The notes under the pieces are model-generated. The model saw only the letters and a program-made list of their open reading frames with translations, was not told the origin of the DNA and ran no database searches. A DNA stretch of 64,000 nucleotides, taken from IMG/VR virus record IMGVR_UViG_3300003322_000453; one strand, written 5' to 3'. Below are positions 17,970-27,561 of this stretch, in pieces. Position 1 is the first letter of the stretch, and every line of letters starts with the position of its first letter. The position numbers and the translations under genes are program-made. The stretch is from an uncultured virus (IMG/VR IMGVR_UViG_3300003322_000453) (lineage: Duplodnaviria; Heunggongvirae; Uroviricota; Caudoviricetes).

Positions 17970-20900
17970 TTATTCCTCAACCGCTACAAGCTTTTGTCCG
18001 TTAAATCCCATGCATTTGCTGTTGTGATTTTCGGGTAGTGAACAATAGAACGTCCCCTTTCCTTCAACGGAAATGTATTTAGCACAAACATCTAGTATGC
18101 TAGCTTTGTTTCCCAATGCCTGTAATATAGCAATATTCATAACGTCCTTAACCAATCCCTTAGCAACGTCCGCTGGTTTACTATGTGGGAATTTTTCCAT
18201 AATATAACTAATAGGAGGAATCTCTTTATATCCATAACTACTAACCGCAATCCAATACTTCTCTAGATCATTATCCTTTAAGTATTCCTTGTACTTTTCT
18301 AGCGGTGTCTTCTTTATATCAGCAGGATTCTCTACCTTAACCATCCCCTCGTTAATCTGCCACTCTCTAATAGCTCCAATGTGCTTGTAAAGATGTTGAT
18401 CTTCTATTAATCCATACACAGTTTTTCCATTATAAGTAAACTCCACTACTGGCTTGTCATTCTTAGCCAAGAACACTTTAGTCACCCTGTATTGTGTGCT
18501 GCTTCCTGTTAAGCTATTAACATTGTCTCCATTTAGATTTCCATCCAAATACATCCCCTTAGCAGCTTTTTCTACCTCAACCCCTCCCTTTATCTCATAT
18601 ATAGAACCCGAATATCCATAAGGTCTGTTTATATTAAAACTCTTAACCTGATAATGGAAATGATCTTTGTAGTGATATTGTATATATATCCCACTATCAG
18701 GGATTATTAAGGTCTTAATTTCTTCTTGGGTTAACTGTCCAGAAAACATATCAGACTTGAAGTTAGGAGATTTAAATATTAGCACTTCGTCTTGGTTTAT
18801 TTTAGGCTTATCCTTTGTATACTCCTTATCAATTAAAACCCCCGCCTCCATCTGCTTCTTAATATCCAACGTCTTAGCAATCTGAAACGCCTTCACTTTT
18901 AGGGCATACTTCCCAACCTTCTCCATTTCCTCTCTAAGCCTAAAAGCAATTTCAGGACTAATACTAAAATGCGGCAACTTATGCGCCTTGTCAAAATCAC
19001 TCTTCTCCACAAGCTTATTTAAAAACCAACCGGTATTATGAGCAAGATTAACCATCACGTTAACCTTATCCACAATCTCTGATCCATTTTCCTTAGAAGG
19101 CTCTCTAAGAAACTCTCTCATTGCTATAAAAACATCCAAAAGGCTCTTAGTGCATTCCGCCCATGCTTTACCACCAAAACTACTACTCCAATCTTTTAAC
19201 AAAAACCCGTTATAAGCTGCTAAACTTCCCTCTATAAGCTTCTCTATTCCAAGCTTCCAAGCGGTTGTGTAGATATATCCTCTACAACTCCCACAAGAAC
19301 ACATCTTATGTTTCATTTTGTTATTAGCACATGTTACTCCTTCAAATTCCTCCCCTATCACGTTCTCTATCATTTCCCTAGCTTCTCTAAGATGCCTTGC
19401 CTCTCCCATAGGCAACCCGGCGATGATTCTACTTCCAACAGCAAAACTATACCCCACAAATCTAGCGACTTCACTATTTCCTAAGTCAAACAGACTGTAG
19501 GCATGTAAGGTGGAGATGAAGTTCTTCAAAAACCTCTTAGCCTTTCTTCGTCCATCCAGTTCCAACCCTTCTAACTTAGTCTCAAATCCTAACACCAATC
19601 CCTGTCTTAAACTCTCTAAGTCCATTTCACTCTTAACCCCTACTTCTATAACATCTCCTTCTTTGCAGGGATTTTCTAAAGATGTTAGATAAGGGATTTT
19701 GTTATCCTTACAATGTACACCAAAATGGCTTGTATAGGCTCCACCTGGATGCCACACTACAGGAACTATCCTAGAATAAGAACCATTAGGACTATTCTCT
19801 ATTTCCTGTTTAAGAGCATGGGCTAATTTATCCCATTCTAATAAATCCATACTGCTATTTATCTTAACAACTTTCTTAACCTTAACTCTCTCACTTTCAA
19901 TCTTCATCTCAGGTCCGCTTCTAAGCTGAACAACCGTGGGCATTGTCAAATTATCTTCATACAATACCTCAACATAAGGCCACTTGTTCAACAAAACCTC
20001 ATCACATTCATCACATTCATCCTTAGAAGTCCAACTCATATAGTGATTGTAAGGATAAGTCTTTAAACAATTCGGACAATATTTCTCTTTAACATCCCAA
20101 AACAGTCCATTTAACTGTTCCCTTTGTTCATCTCCCACTTCTAGAGATAGAACATAAGCCCCGTCCCCTTGTGTTGCTCCATCATGTCCCTTTCCTAATG
20201 CTATGTTATCCGGTGTTATTACAGATGAGTAGGAGCAATCAATAAACGGTAAGGCTATAAACTCTGGTTCCTCCCCTGTTGCTCTAATCTCTTCGATAAC
20301 CTTTTCTACGTCTTCCTTAGTATTAACTTTCCTAGAGTCAACAAACCCATGCTTAGGCACTTTAGGTACAGGTCGCATAAACTTTCCTACCACACTAGGC
20401 CATATATCCTCAAACTCAAATCTTTTATTGACGTTATAGTGTTTATGATGTATCCCTAAAACATCGTGATTCTCACTAACCACAACGGCGTTGTGTATCT
20501 TTTTATAATCAACCATTCCTTTTATGTAATCTGAAAGCCCTAAAATCCCTTTGATCTTCTGTCCCCTAGCTGGAAAACTATTACACCCCATATTGCACAT
20601 GATCCACGTTTTATCTAAATTCTCTAAAGCCTCCTTTTCGTTTATTAAACTAGCAAATAGACTATCAGCAATATTTTCTGATCCTTCTATAAAATCACCA
20701 TTTGTAGTATAATTATAAACTCCTTTATGGTTTTCCTTCTGTCCTACTACTTGATATCTATATCCAACTCCCACTATCATCTCCTGTTTCGCTTTATATT
20801 TCTCTACTATAGCCTTAGTAACGTTATATGGCATATTAGGGGTTTCTACTATAAGCTTATATTTCTTTTCTTCTAGGTTATATTCCCATACATAAACATC

Positions 20901-21377
20901 ATAGTCATGTTCCTGTGTAATATAACCTCCGCCACTATTGCTAGTTTTATATTTCTCTTGGTTATGTTTATTCTTAGATTTGTTTGAATAGCTCTTAGGC
21001 TTATTATTACTCAACTCCGTTTGCTCTTTAGGACTATAACCGCCCTTTTTGTATTTCTTCACGATGGTATAGATGTGATGCTTTTCGGTTTTAAATTTTC
21101 CATTCTCTATGATCTTATATCCATCTTCATCTTTAACATAGTAATTAACAGTGCTGTGATATTTATCTATACGTTCCTCAGTTATATCTCCGTTTGCTTT
21201 CTTTATATAAATATAAAATCCATAAGGTAGCTGGGAATATCCTTTACTCTCTATATAAGAAACTGGTATACTAATAGCCCATGTCCCATTACTAAGCTTT
21301 TTATACTTAGCATATGTTTCTTTACTGATAGGCTCATTATTGGTGTTATTGGTGTTAGTATTTATCTCCATGCTCAT
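17970..21377 (-). CDS. Large PEP-synthase/PPDK-like protein (ATP-grasp plus phosphohistidine swivel domain) with extra domains
   Basis: FMRP...GFVDS...GHDGATQG...VQLRSGP followed by GGAYTSHFGVHCKDNKIP (swivel motif GGxTSH..IP, His about 551). Confidence 0.65.
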   Translation of the reverse strand: MSMEINTNTNNTNNEPISKETYAKYKKLSNGTWAISIPVSYIESKGYSQLPYGFYIYIKKANGDITEERIDKYHSTVNYYVKDEDGYKIIENGKFKTEKHHIYTIVKKYKKGGYSPKEQTELSNNKPKSYSNKSKNKHNQEKYKTSNSGGGYITQEHDYDVYVWEYNLEEKKYKLIVETPNMPYNVTKAIVEKYKAKQEMIVGVGYRYQVVGQKENHKGVYNYTTNGDFIEGSENIADSLFASLINEKEALENLDKTWIMCNMGCNSFPARGQKIKGILGLSDYIKGMVDYKKIHNAVVVSENHDVLGIHHKHYNVNKRFEFEDIWPSVVGKFMRPVPKVPKHGFVDSRKVNTKEDVEKVIEEIRATGEEPEFIALPFIDCSYSSVITPDNIALGKGHDGATQGDGAYVLSLEVGDEQREQLNGLFWDVKEKYCPNCLKTYPYNHYMSWTSKDECDECDEVLLNKWPYVEVLYEDNLTMPTVVQLRSGPEMKIESERVKVKKVVKINSSMDLLEWDKLAHALKQEIENSPNGSYSRIVPVVWHPGGAYTSHFGVHCKDNKIPYLTSLENPCKEGDVIEVGVKSEMDLESLRQGLVLGFETKLEGLELDGRRKAKRFLKNFISTLHAYSLFDLGNSEVARFVGYSFAVGSRIIAGLPMGEARHLREAREMIENVIGEEFEGVTCANNKMKHKMCSCGSCRGYIYTTAWKLGIEKLIEGSLAAYNGFLLKDWSSSFGGKAWAECTKSLLDVFIAMREFLREPSKENGSEIVDKVNVMVNLAHNTGWFLNKLVEKSDFDKAHKLPHFSISPEIAFRLREEMEKVGKYALKVKAFQIAKTLDIKKQMEAGVLIDKEYTKDKPKINQDEVLIFKSPNFKSDMFSGQLTQEEIKTLIIPDSGIYIQYHYKDHFHYQVKSFNINRPYGYSGSIYEIKGGVEVEKAAKGMYLDGNLNGDNVNSLTGSSTQYRVTKVFLAKNDKPVVEFTYNGKTVYGLIEDQHLYKHIGAIREWQINEGMVKVENPADIKKTPLEKYKEYLKDNDLEKYWIAVSSYGYKEIPPISYIMEKFPHSKPADVAKGLVKDVMNIAILQALGNKASILDVCAKYISVEGKGTFYCSLPENHNSKCMGFNGQKLVAVEE

Positions 21378-21477
21378 TTCTCTTTCTCCTTTCTTTATTC
21401 TTATACTATCTACTTATCTAACACGATTAACAGGAAACATATTATTATAAGAATTGCTAGGGTTGTTCTTATCATCT

Positions 21478-21672
21478 CTAAACCTTTCCTTTATAATTAT
21501 CCACCAAATAACCATATATCTCAGTCTTTCTAGCTTCTTTACATATACTTGGGCTAATATTTCTAACTCCTAGTCTACTTAATAGTCTATATCCTCTACT
21601 CCATTGGCCTGTATGGTAGTCCATTAGGAAAACCGCTAGTTCAAAGTAGTCATCTTTACGTATTTTCTTCAT
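21478..21672 (-). CDS. Hypothetical protein
   Basis: DYHTGQWSRGYRLLS motif; RBS; first gene after a promoter. Confidence 0.6.
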   Translation of the reverse strand: MKKIRKDDYFELAVFLMDYHTGQWSRGYRLLSRLGVRNISPSICKEARKTEIYGYLVDNYKGKV

Positions 21673-21729
21673 TTCTCTTTCTCCTTCAATACTCTATAGA
21701 AATAGCGCAGCGTGTACGCTGGCAGGTTG

Positions 21730-21759
21730 AGAGTACCACGACCAGTTGTCCACTGTCAA
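21730..21759 (-). promoter_or_regulatory. sigma70-like promoter
   Basis: TTGACA-18-TACTCT with TG-n extended -10. Confidence 0.55.
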
Positions 21760-21922
21760 CCACGAATTTTGATGCAAAATTAATGCCACAACTCTCCTAA
21801 TCCTAACATATCATAGTGAGATTTAACCGTTACATACCTCCTATTTAACCTCTCTATTTCACCTTATAACATACTGTGTACAATAGACTTATCCTATCCT
21901 ATAGTTGTTTCTATAAAAAAGC

Positions 21923-21952
21923 TTGCCTTTCTCAAGTCATTTAACCTATTAT
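21923..21952 (+). promoter_or_regulatory. Promoter giving a probably leaderless transcript
   Basis: TTGCCT-18-TATTAT; ATG 21960 follows after 7 intervening nt with no SD. Confidence 0.45.
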
Positions 21953-21959
21953 AAAAGCT

Positions 21960-22580
21960 ATGGATAATACAACAAAAACTTCTAGTAATTTTCCTATAGA
22001 TGCCTCTATGAATGATGCTATAGATATAGCTCTAGATTCTATTAATCCTAGTCCTTTTGATCCTAGCATAGTTGATGATAAGTCTAGTGAAGCTAAAGAG
22101 TTGCTTAGTAGTGTTGAACTAGCTCAAATACTAGGTAGAATAACTGAAATAGTAACTGGCAAGTTAGAACATAGTAAGATTAAACAAGGCACTATAGTTG
22201 TGCCTATGGATAATGATGTTCTTATCAAATCCATTTTATTACAATCCATTGATAAGGTTTTTAATGAAATCAAGGCTAAGGTTGTTGATTTGATCCTAGA
22301 CATTTACCATCAAAAGCTAAACCTTGATAACTTTATCCCCATTAACGACGCTGCTAGTCTAGTTGGTATACCTTTGAACATTCTAGAATATTGGGGTCGT
22401 TGCAGGTTAATACGAATTTATAAGGTTGAGTCTAGTGTTGTGGTGAGTATGAATGAGATTCGCAAGGTAGTATACAATATGATGTCGTATATGGAGGATG
22501 AAAAGGGTGTTGCTTATGGTCTTCAGCTTAGAAGGTATATTAAAAAGGTTTCTCAAGAACAAAAACATATTGATAGCTAA
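21960..22580 (+). CDS. Putative transcription regulator with C-terminal MerR/Xis-like HTH
   Basis: IPINDAASLVGIPLNILEYWGRCRLIRIY; lone + strand gene in the minus arm. Confidence 0.6.
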   Translation: MDNTTKTSSNFPIDASMNDAIDIALDSINPSPFDPSIVDDKSSEAKELLSSVELAQILGRITEIVTGKLEHSKIKQGTIVVPMDNDVLIKSILLQSIDKVFNEIKAKVVDLILDIYHQKLNLDNFIPINDAASLVGIPLNILEYWGRCRLIRIYKVESSVVVSMNEIRKVVYNMMSYMEDEKGVAYGLQLRRYIKKVSQEQKHIDS

Positions 22581-22827
22581 TAACAAAAAGGGTTTCTCAA
22601 ATGAAAAGGTTTCTATGTTCAATTTTAGTGATCTAAGTAGGATATTGTATAGGGTGGGTGGGAAAATGGATTGCTGGCGATTTGCGGGGTTTTCATGGTG
22701 TCGGTGATGGTTGGCTATGATTTTTGGGTGTTTATGCTGTTATAGCTCGATTGTGTGCGTTCTACGGGGGTTTGTTTGGTAGGTGGTAGGATAGGTTTGC
22801 AGATTGGTTGGTGGCTAGGTAGAGTAC

Positions 22828-22862
22828 AAAAGAAAAACCCTAGCGGGTTAGGCTAGGGTTTT
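22828..22862 (-). terminator. Rho-independent terminator (possibly bidirectional)
   Basis: aaaaccctagc-gggttag-gctagggtttt with a U tract on the minus strand. Confidence 0.75.
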
Positions 22863-22889
22863 CGAGGGTGTTGGGTTGTGCTAGGATGG

Positions 22890-23306
22890 TTAGTCCTTAT
22901 CATCTCCACTCTTCATCAACTTGTTCAGATCATATCCTCCGCTGGCTAACTCTTCTTTGAGTCCTTCGTAGAACAGGATAAACTCATCGAAGTTATCAGC
23001 GAGGATGCGAGCTTGCCACAAGGTAATGGTCTTAGACTGTCCTTTGTCGGGATTAATCGCGATTAAGGGAATAACCTGACCGTTTTGCTTCGACTTGGGG
23101 TTGTTAACGGTAAAATTAAACCGCTCAAATCGTGCGGCAGGTGGTGGGGTTAGTCCAGCACTTTTATAGGCTGCGGTTATAGCGGCTTTTTCCGCCTGCG
23201 AGTCTAGACCAATCGCTTTAATAGCAGCGATTTGCTGGTTCAGTTTGTGCTGCTTGGCCTGTTCATCACTGACCTTGATCGTTTGGTTGGTGGTGGTGGT
23301 TGACAT
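22890..23306 (-). CDS. Early hypothetical protein
   Basis: Strong RBS, own terminator. Confidence 0.7.
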   Translation of the reverse strand: MSTTTTNQTIKVSDEQAKQHKLNQQIAAIKAIGLDSQAEKAAITAAYKSAGLTPPPAARFERFNFTVNNPKSKQNGQVIPLIAINPDKGQSKTITLWQARILADNFDEFILFYEGLKEELASGGYDLNKLMKSGDDKD

Positions 23307-23420
23307 GTTTCTTTCTCCTCTACAGTCTTGGATTTCACACTAAAACCGGGCTTGTTTAAAGACTTCCCGGCAAGTCTAATGCTTGACGTGCTCAAGCGGG
23401 CTATTCAATTTTCCTAATTC

Positions 23421-23564
23421 CTAGTCTTGATCTTTCAATTCTTCCCTTAACTCTTCTAACTCTTCCGAGTTTCTATAACCTACCCACAATAGAATTGCCA
23501 TACAAACTACCCACAATAGGAATAATCCTTTAATAGCTAAAATCATCCAGTCATAAGATGTCAT
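23421..23564 (-). CDS. Small single-TM membrane protein (47 aa)
   Basis: Manual: MTSYDWMILAIKGLFLLWVVCMAILLWVGYRNSEELEELREELKDQD; AGGAG RBS. Confidence 0.6.
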   Translation of the reverse strand: MTSYDWMILAIKGLFLLWVVCMAILLWVGYRNSEELEELREELKDQD

Positions 23565-23604
23565 GTTCTACTCTCCTTCGTTGTCAGTTGTTGTACACAG
23601 TAGG

Positions 23605-23632
23605 ATAGTAACATAGTTTTTTGGCTTGTCAA
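23605..23632 (-). promoter_or_regulatory. Leftward early promoter
   Basis: TTGACA-16-TACTAT with TG-n. Confidence 0.6.
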
Positions 23633-23985
23633 GCCCCCTAGGTAAATTTTTTCCCGTTGTACACGCTTGGCTTGATCTCGCCTACGTTGTCGGGTTGTCT
23701 AAGTTGTCCTGTTGTCTATTAGATAATCCTAGATCGTCAAGCTATAGGTTTATAGATTACCTTATGTTCTACTCTTGTACCTCTATATCCTCCGCCTTAC
23801 TAGCCTGTCTCTATATCTCCCCTACTCCTGGTAGCCCCTATTAGGTAGTGTATATAGTATAGATGATAGTTGTCTAAGGGGTAGAGGTTTGCATGGGATG
23901 TATGGGGAAGGGTTGACATTCTTTTTTTTTATTTTACTCTAGTTTTTATTTCAGTTTTTGATTTTTTTTTTTCATATAAATCTTC

Positions 23986-24014
23986 TTGACATCCTGTATA
24001 CAGTTGTGTACACT
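23986..24014 (+). promoter_or_regulatory. Rightward promoter with upstream T-tracts
   Basis: TTGACA-17-TACACT. Confidence 0.7.
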
Positions 24015-24065
24015 AACTCTCGTTCAACTTTTCGTAAACGTACACAACAAAAGGAGATAATCCTA

Positions 24066-24923
24066 ATGGGCGGATCAAGTTCGTATTCTTCACATTACAT
24101 AGAGTCAACCAAAAGATTAGAGCAAGATGTGCAACATATAGAGAAAATAGTAGAGAAGATAATAGAGAAAGAAGTTATAACGACTAAGCTTGTTCCACTC
24201 TATATCTCTGGAATTAGTAAACTAACATCTACCGATGAAGGTAGAAAAATATGGTTAAGTCTGTGTGTTTTTGTTTATGAACTAACAGGTAAAGTTTGGG
24301 TGCATAAGAGCAACGAGAGTGAAAGTGCATCTTATCAAATTACTAAAGATGCATTTTGTTTACCAGAAGGTGATGTTGAAGCTCTAATTCATGATATGTG
24401 TCATTGGATTGTGGCTACTGAAGACCAAAGAAAACACAACAATCTTGATCTAAATCCGCCATATAAGAATATAAATAAAAAATGGCTCTTATGGCAAGAA
24501 GAAGCCGCATGGACGTTAGAGAGTTGGATATTCTCTGCGGTGATAGGAGAACCAGATTTGGTAGATTCGGTAAGTCCTAATACAGCTATAGATGTTTTTC
24601 ATTATTGGGTTAGAGTATTTGATCCATTACAGATTATAAAGAGCGTAGCAGCAAGTGCAGAAGAGGTTAATTTAAATATAACTCTGTTAAGAAGACTATT
24701 AGCAACTTGGATTCAATGGAAAGAAAAGAATCCATCTATAGATGCTAGACCTAGAGGTTGTTTAGGTTGGGGCAATATAGGATTGCCGTTGCCAATATCT
24801 AATACGTTGGATACCAAATTAGAAACTAAGCTTTACGATAATGTTAATTATGAAGAGGTTATAAACGATATGAAAAGAATAGTACAAGATGGAGGAGTAG
24901 GCTTTAAGAAAGAAGATTCTTAA
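24066..24923 (+). CDS. Zincin/EpmC-like metalloprotein
   Basis: ALIHDMCHWIVA..R...EEAAW; start ATG 24066 after AGGAG. Confidence 0.45.
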   Translation: MGGSSSYSSHYIESTKRLEQDVQHIEKIVEKIIEKEVITTKLVPLYISGISKLTSTDEGRKIWLSLCVFVYELTGKVWVHKSNESESASYQITKDAFCLPEGDVEALIHDMCHWIVATEDQRKHNNLDLNPPYKNINKKWLLWQEEAAWTLESWIFSAVIGEPDLVDSVSPNTAIDVFHYWVRVFDPLQIIKSVAASAEEVNLNITLLRRLLATWIQWKEKNPSIDARPRGCLGWGNIGLPLPISNTLDTKLETKLYDNVNYEEVINDMKRIVQDGGVGFKKEDS

Positions 24924-24925
24924 TC

Positions 24926-25291
24926 ATGATACAAGACCGTGTACAATCTTTTGAGAATGAACAACTTATCACCGCCAAGAATATTTTTAATGGAGAACCT
25001 TGGCTCAAATATGTAATTGGTGGTCAGGTTATTCATTATATACATCCCGCTGTGTGGAAAAGAGAAGGATATACATTAGAACAGGTTTTACAGATAAACA
25101 ATATCTCAGACTGGCTATATAAAAGATTTATAGAATTAGAATATAACAAAAAGAATCTCTCTAAATATACTTGTTTTTGTACTAGAACCCAGCTTGTATC
25201 TGCGCTTATTATGTTAGGTTATAAACCTGTTTACTTATTGGATTATAAATCTAGAGTAATATGGTTTGTGGTTGATAGATATTATTATTAG
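24926..25291 (+). CDS. Hypothetical protein
   Basis: Operon ORF. Confidence 0.55.
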   Translation: MIQDRVQSFENEQLITAKNIFNGEPWLKYVIGGQVIHYIHPAVWKREGYTLEQVLQINNISDWLYKRFIELEYNKKNLSKYTCFCTRTQLVSALIMLGYKPVYLLDYKSRVIWFVVDRYYY

Positions 25292-25310
25292 ATAGAAAGG
25301 AGCAACTAAG

Positions 25311-25649
25311 ATGACAACTCAACAAAAACCAGATAGCGGGTTATGGATTAACAATCCTGAAACACCAGAAGGTAAATACTTAGTTAAACGCCGTGATGGT
25401 TCTGTAGTAGAATGGCCTAATTTCACATTAGGCGCTAAAGACCCTGCGGCACCTATAGCACTTAGAGCTTATGCAGACGCAGCGGAGCAACTAGGCATGA
25501 ACTCTAAGTATGTGAATGATATTAGAGCTTTAGCAGATAGATTTGAACAGTATAGACTAGAACATGGTTTAGGTGATCCAGATAAAGGAAGACATAGAAT
25601 TGACGATCCTGCTATAGTTAAGGAAATGAAAAAGGGAGGGAGCGTTTAG
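25311..25649 (+). CDS. Conserved phage protein
   Basis: GKYLVKRRDG...FTLGAKDPAAPIALRAYADAA motif. Confidence 0.65.
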   Translation: MTTQQKPDSGLWINNPETPEGKYLVKRRDGSVVEWPNFTLGAKDPAAPIALRAYADAAEQLGMNSKYVNDIRALADRFEQYRLEHGLGDPDKGRHRIDDPAIVKEMKKGGSV

Positions 25650-25650
25650 A

Positions 25651-25821
25651 ATGATCCTAATATGTGACACTTGTTCTAAAGCCTATGACAACTATCTAGA
25701 AGAAAGTTCTGAACTAGAAGAATTAGATAGATGTCCAAATGGTAGATGTTCTGGGACTTTATACGATGAAGATGATATACAGGCTGTGTTAGAGGATGAT
25801 GATTTAGAAGATGACCTTTGA
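25651..25821 (+). CDS. Acidic Zn-ribbon mini-protein (56 aa)
   Basis: Manual: CDTC...CPNGRC, D/E-rich tail. Confidence 0.55.
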   Translation: MILICDTCSKAYDNYLEESSELEELDRCPNGRCSGTLYDEDDIQAVLEDDDLEDDL

Positions 25822-25999
25822 ACAAGTATTACCATCTCTCAGACAAGGTAAGAAGATAAAAGACCCTGACGGGAACACTTTAGTTCTAAGAAATGGTATT
25901 GTCTTTTTATCATTTAGAGGAGTATTATATACACAATCAACAACTACTTTTAGCTATATATTAAGAGAAGGTTGGGAGGTTATAGAAGGTGATCTTTAA
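25811..25999 (+). CDS. Tad2/DUF2829-like protein
   Basis: MTFEQVL..LRQGKKI...ILREGWEVI terminal motifs. Confidence 0.5.
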   Translation: MTFEQVLPSLRQGKKIKDPDGNTLVLRNGIVFLSFRGVLYTQSTTTFSYILREGWEVIEGDL

Positions 26000-26219
26000 A
26001 GAAGCCCTAGAACATTTAGAACAAGGTTCCATCATTAAGTATAATAACTCATATTATATTATAGAAGGAAAGTTTATAGTAGAGTATTATAAATCCATGA
26101 ACACCATACATAGGGTTGAGGCAACTTTTAAAAGTGAGCATATATCCTCGAATGATTGGAAGGTTCTTACAAATAATGAGGAGAATTTGTTTAGAAGGGA
26201 GTTTTTTATAAAAGGATAA
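25989..26219 (+). CDS. Tad2/DUF2829-like protein (paralogue)
   Basis: MIFKEALEHLEQG..I...HISSNDWKV. Confidence 0.5.
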   Translation: MIFKEALEHLEQGSIIKYNNSYYIIEGKFIVEYYKSMNTIHRVEATFKSEHISSNDWKVLTNNEENLFRREFFIKG

Positions 26220-26220
26220 C

Positions 26221-26445
26221 ATGCCAACTGAACTCAACACATACTCAATAACAATTAGAAACTTCAAATCTACCTTAACTATAGATATTCAAGGTAAGGC
26301 TATGATTGTTAATCATAGAGGGGATTTACTTATTATGAATACTCATCAAACTAGTGATAAATGTATTGCTTGTTTTGCATCTGGAAGTTGGATTAAGGCT
26401 TCTAAGGTAGATAATAGTGAAAAAGATAAGAAGGAGATTAAGTAA
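26221..26445 (+). CDS. Hypothetical protein
   Basis: GDLLI...IACFASGSW motif. Confidence 0.55.
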   Translation: MPTELNTYSITIRNFKSTLTIDIQGKAMIVNHRGDLLIMNTHQTSDKCIACFASGSWIKASKVDNSEKDKKEIK

Positions 26446-26475
26446 AGTTAGATCATAAGATTAGGATATAATACC

Positions 26476-26712
26476 ATGCAAACCGAACCAAAAACAATCC
26501 CTATAACCTCCCGCCATTCTCCTTCTGTGGTGGATTGGCTAGAACAAGAAGCCATAGCTAGAAATGTTCCTAGGGCAACACTTATTACCACTCTAATAAA
26601 AGAAATCTACACCTCCGTTAAGCTAGTTGAGGATTTAATATCAAGGGAAGAAAACCCTTTACACCCCTTAACTCAAAGTGCTATGCTCGAACCCGGCAAC
26701 CTAAAAGGTTAG
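26476..26712 (+). CDS. Ribbon-helix-helix DNA-binding protein
   Basis: IPITSRHSPSVVDWLEQEAIARNVPRATLITTLI. Confidence 0.6.
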   Translation: MQTEPKTIPITSRHSPSVVDWLEQEAIARNVPRATLITTLIKEIYTSVKLVEDLISREENPLHPLTQSAMLEPGNLKG

Positions 26713-26765
26713 TCTAAGTGGACTTTGGTTTGTTTAACCTATTGAGATAAAAGGAGATTTTCAAG

Positions 26766-27452
26766 ATGCCAATTGACAAAGACAATCAAGTTAAGAACAA
26801 CCCTATTAAGGAAGTTACCAAAGAGAAAGAGCAACCTAAGAAGGATCAACCCCCGGTTGGACCAACTTCTAATGTTGTTCCTATCAACGCTTCTACCCCT
26901 GCCGGATTATCTAAGAGCGAGGGGGATTCTTCTAAACCCGCTCAACTAGGCGGAACCGCCGGGGATCATGCCGCACATCAAACCCCCTTAGCGGGTGGTA
27001 TTAGAGAGGAAGACCTTAATAAGACTCCTGTTGGTAGTGATGAGGTTGTAGAAACCAGTTCTCCTAATCCTTCAAGTTTTTCTAGCTCTGATTTCTTTAA
27101 ACCGGAACCTAGTGAATCAGAAGATAAAGAAGAAAAACTAGACAAGGTTTGTTTTCAGTTCGACCGTGATACTACTGTTGTTGCTCAAGTAGTCAATCGT
27201 TGGGAAGATGGCACCGTTGATCTTATAGCTAACACCGACCCTACTGGACACTACAAAACCAACATCTCTCAAGGTTCTAGCGACAAGCTTTACTCCAACG
27301 TAAGACCCGGTAATAGGTTTGAACCCGGCACCTATTTTGAGTTGTTAGATCAAGATCTTCAAGTTGGAGAGAAGGTTTCTATAAACAACGCTCCGGTTAA
27401 GAGACTAAAAAGAGAAGTTGATAAAGGTGATCCTCTAGGAGTTCAAGGCTAG
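26766..27452 (+). CDS. Hypothetical protein, disordered N-terminus plus SH3-like domain
   Basis: DKVCF...VVAQVVNRWEDGTVDLIA. Confidence 0.6.
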   Translation: MPIDKDNQVKNNPIKEVTKEKEQPKKDQPPVGPTSNVVPINASTPAGLSKSEGDSSKPAQLGGTAGDHAAHQTPLAGGIREEDLNKTPVGSDEVVETSSPNPSSFSSSDFFKPEPSESEDKEEKLDKVCFQFDRDTTVVAQVVNRWEDGTVDLIANTDPTGHYKTNISQGSSDKLYSNVRPGNRFEPGTYFELLDQDLQVGEKVSINNAPVKRLKREVDKGDPLGVQG

Positions 27453-27561
27453 ACAGTGAACTAAAGAATAAGCCTAGCCCTTGATTCCTGAAAATGTGGC
27501 TTTGGCGAGCTTCTTACATGGCAGGAGCTAGGCTTAGATTTCTTATAGGAGATAAAAGAAA

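Noticed and set aside
482..21230. Many + strand ORFs in the left arm (e.g. 1720..2097, 13877..14296, 15805..16158)
   Set aside because: Antisense shadows of well-supported minus-strand genes; S/L/F-rich with no RBS
23389..23408. tgctcaagcg shared with 13342-13351
   Set aside because: A single 10-bp match could arise by chance in 64 kb
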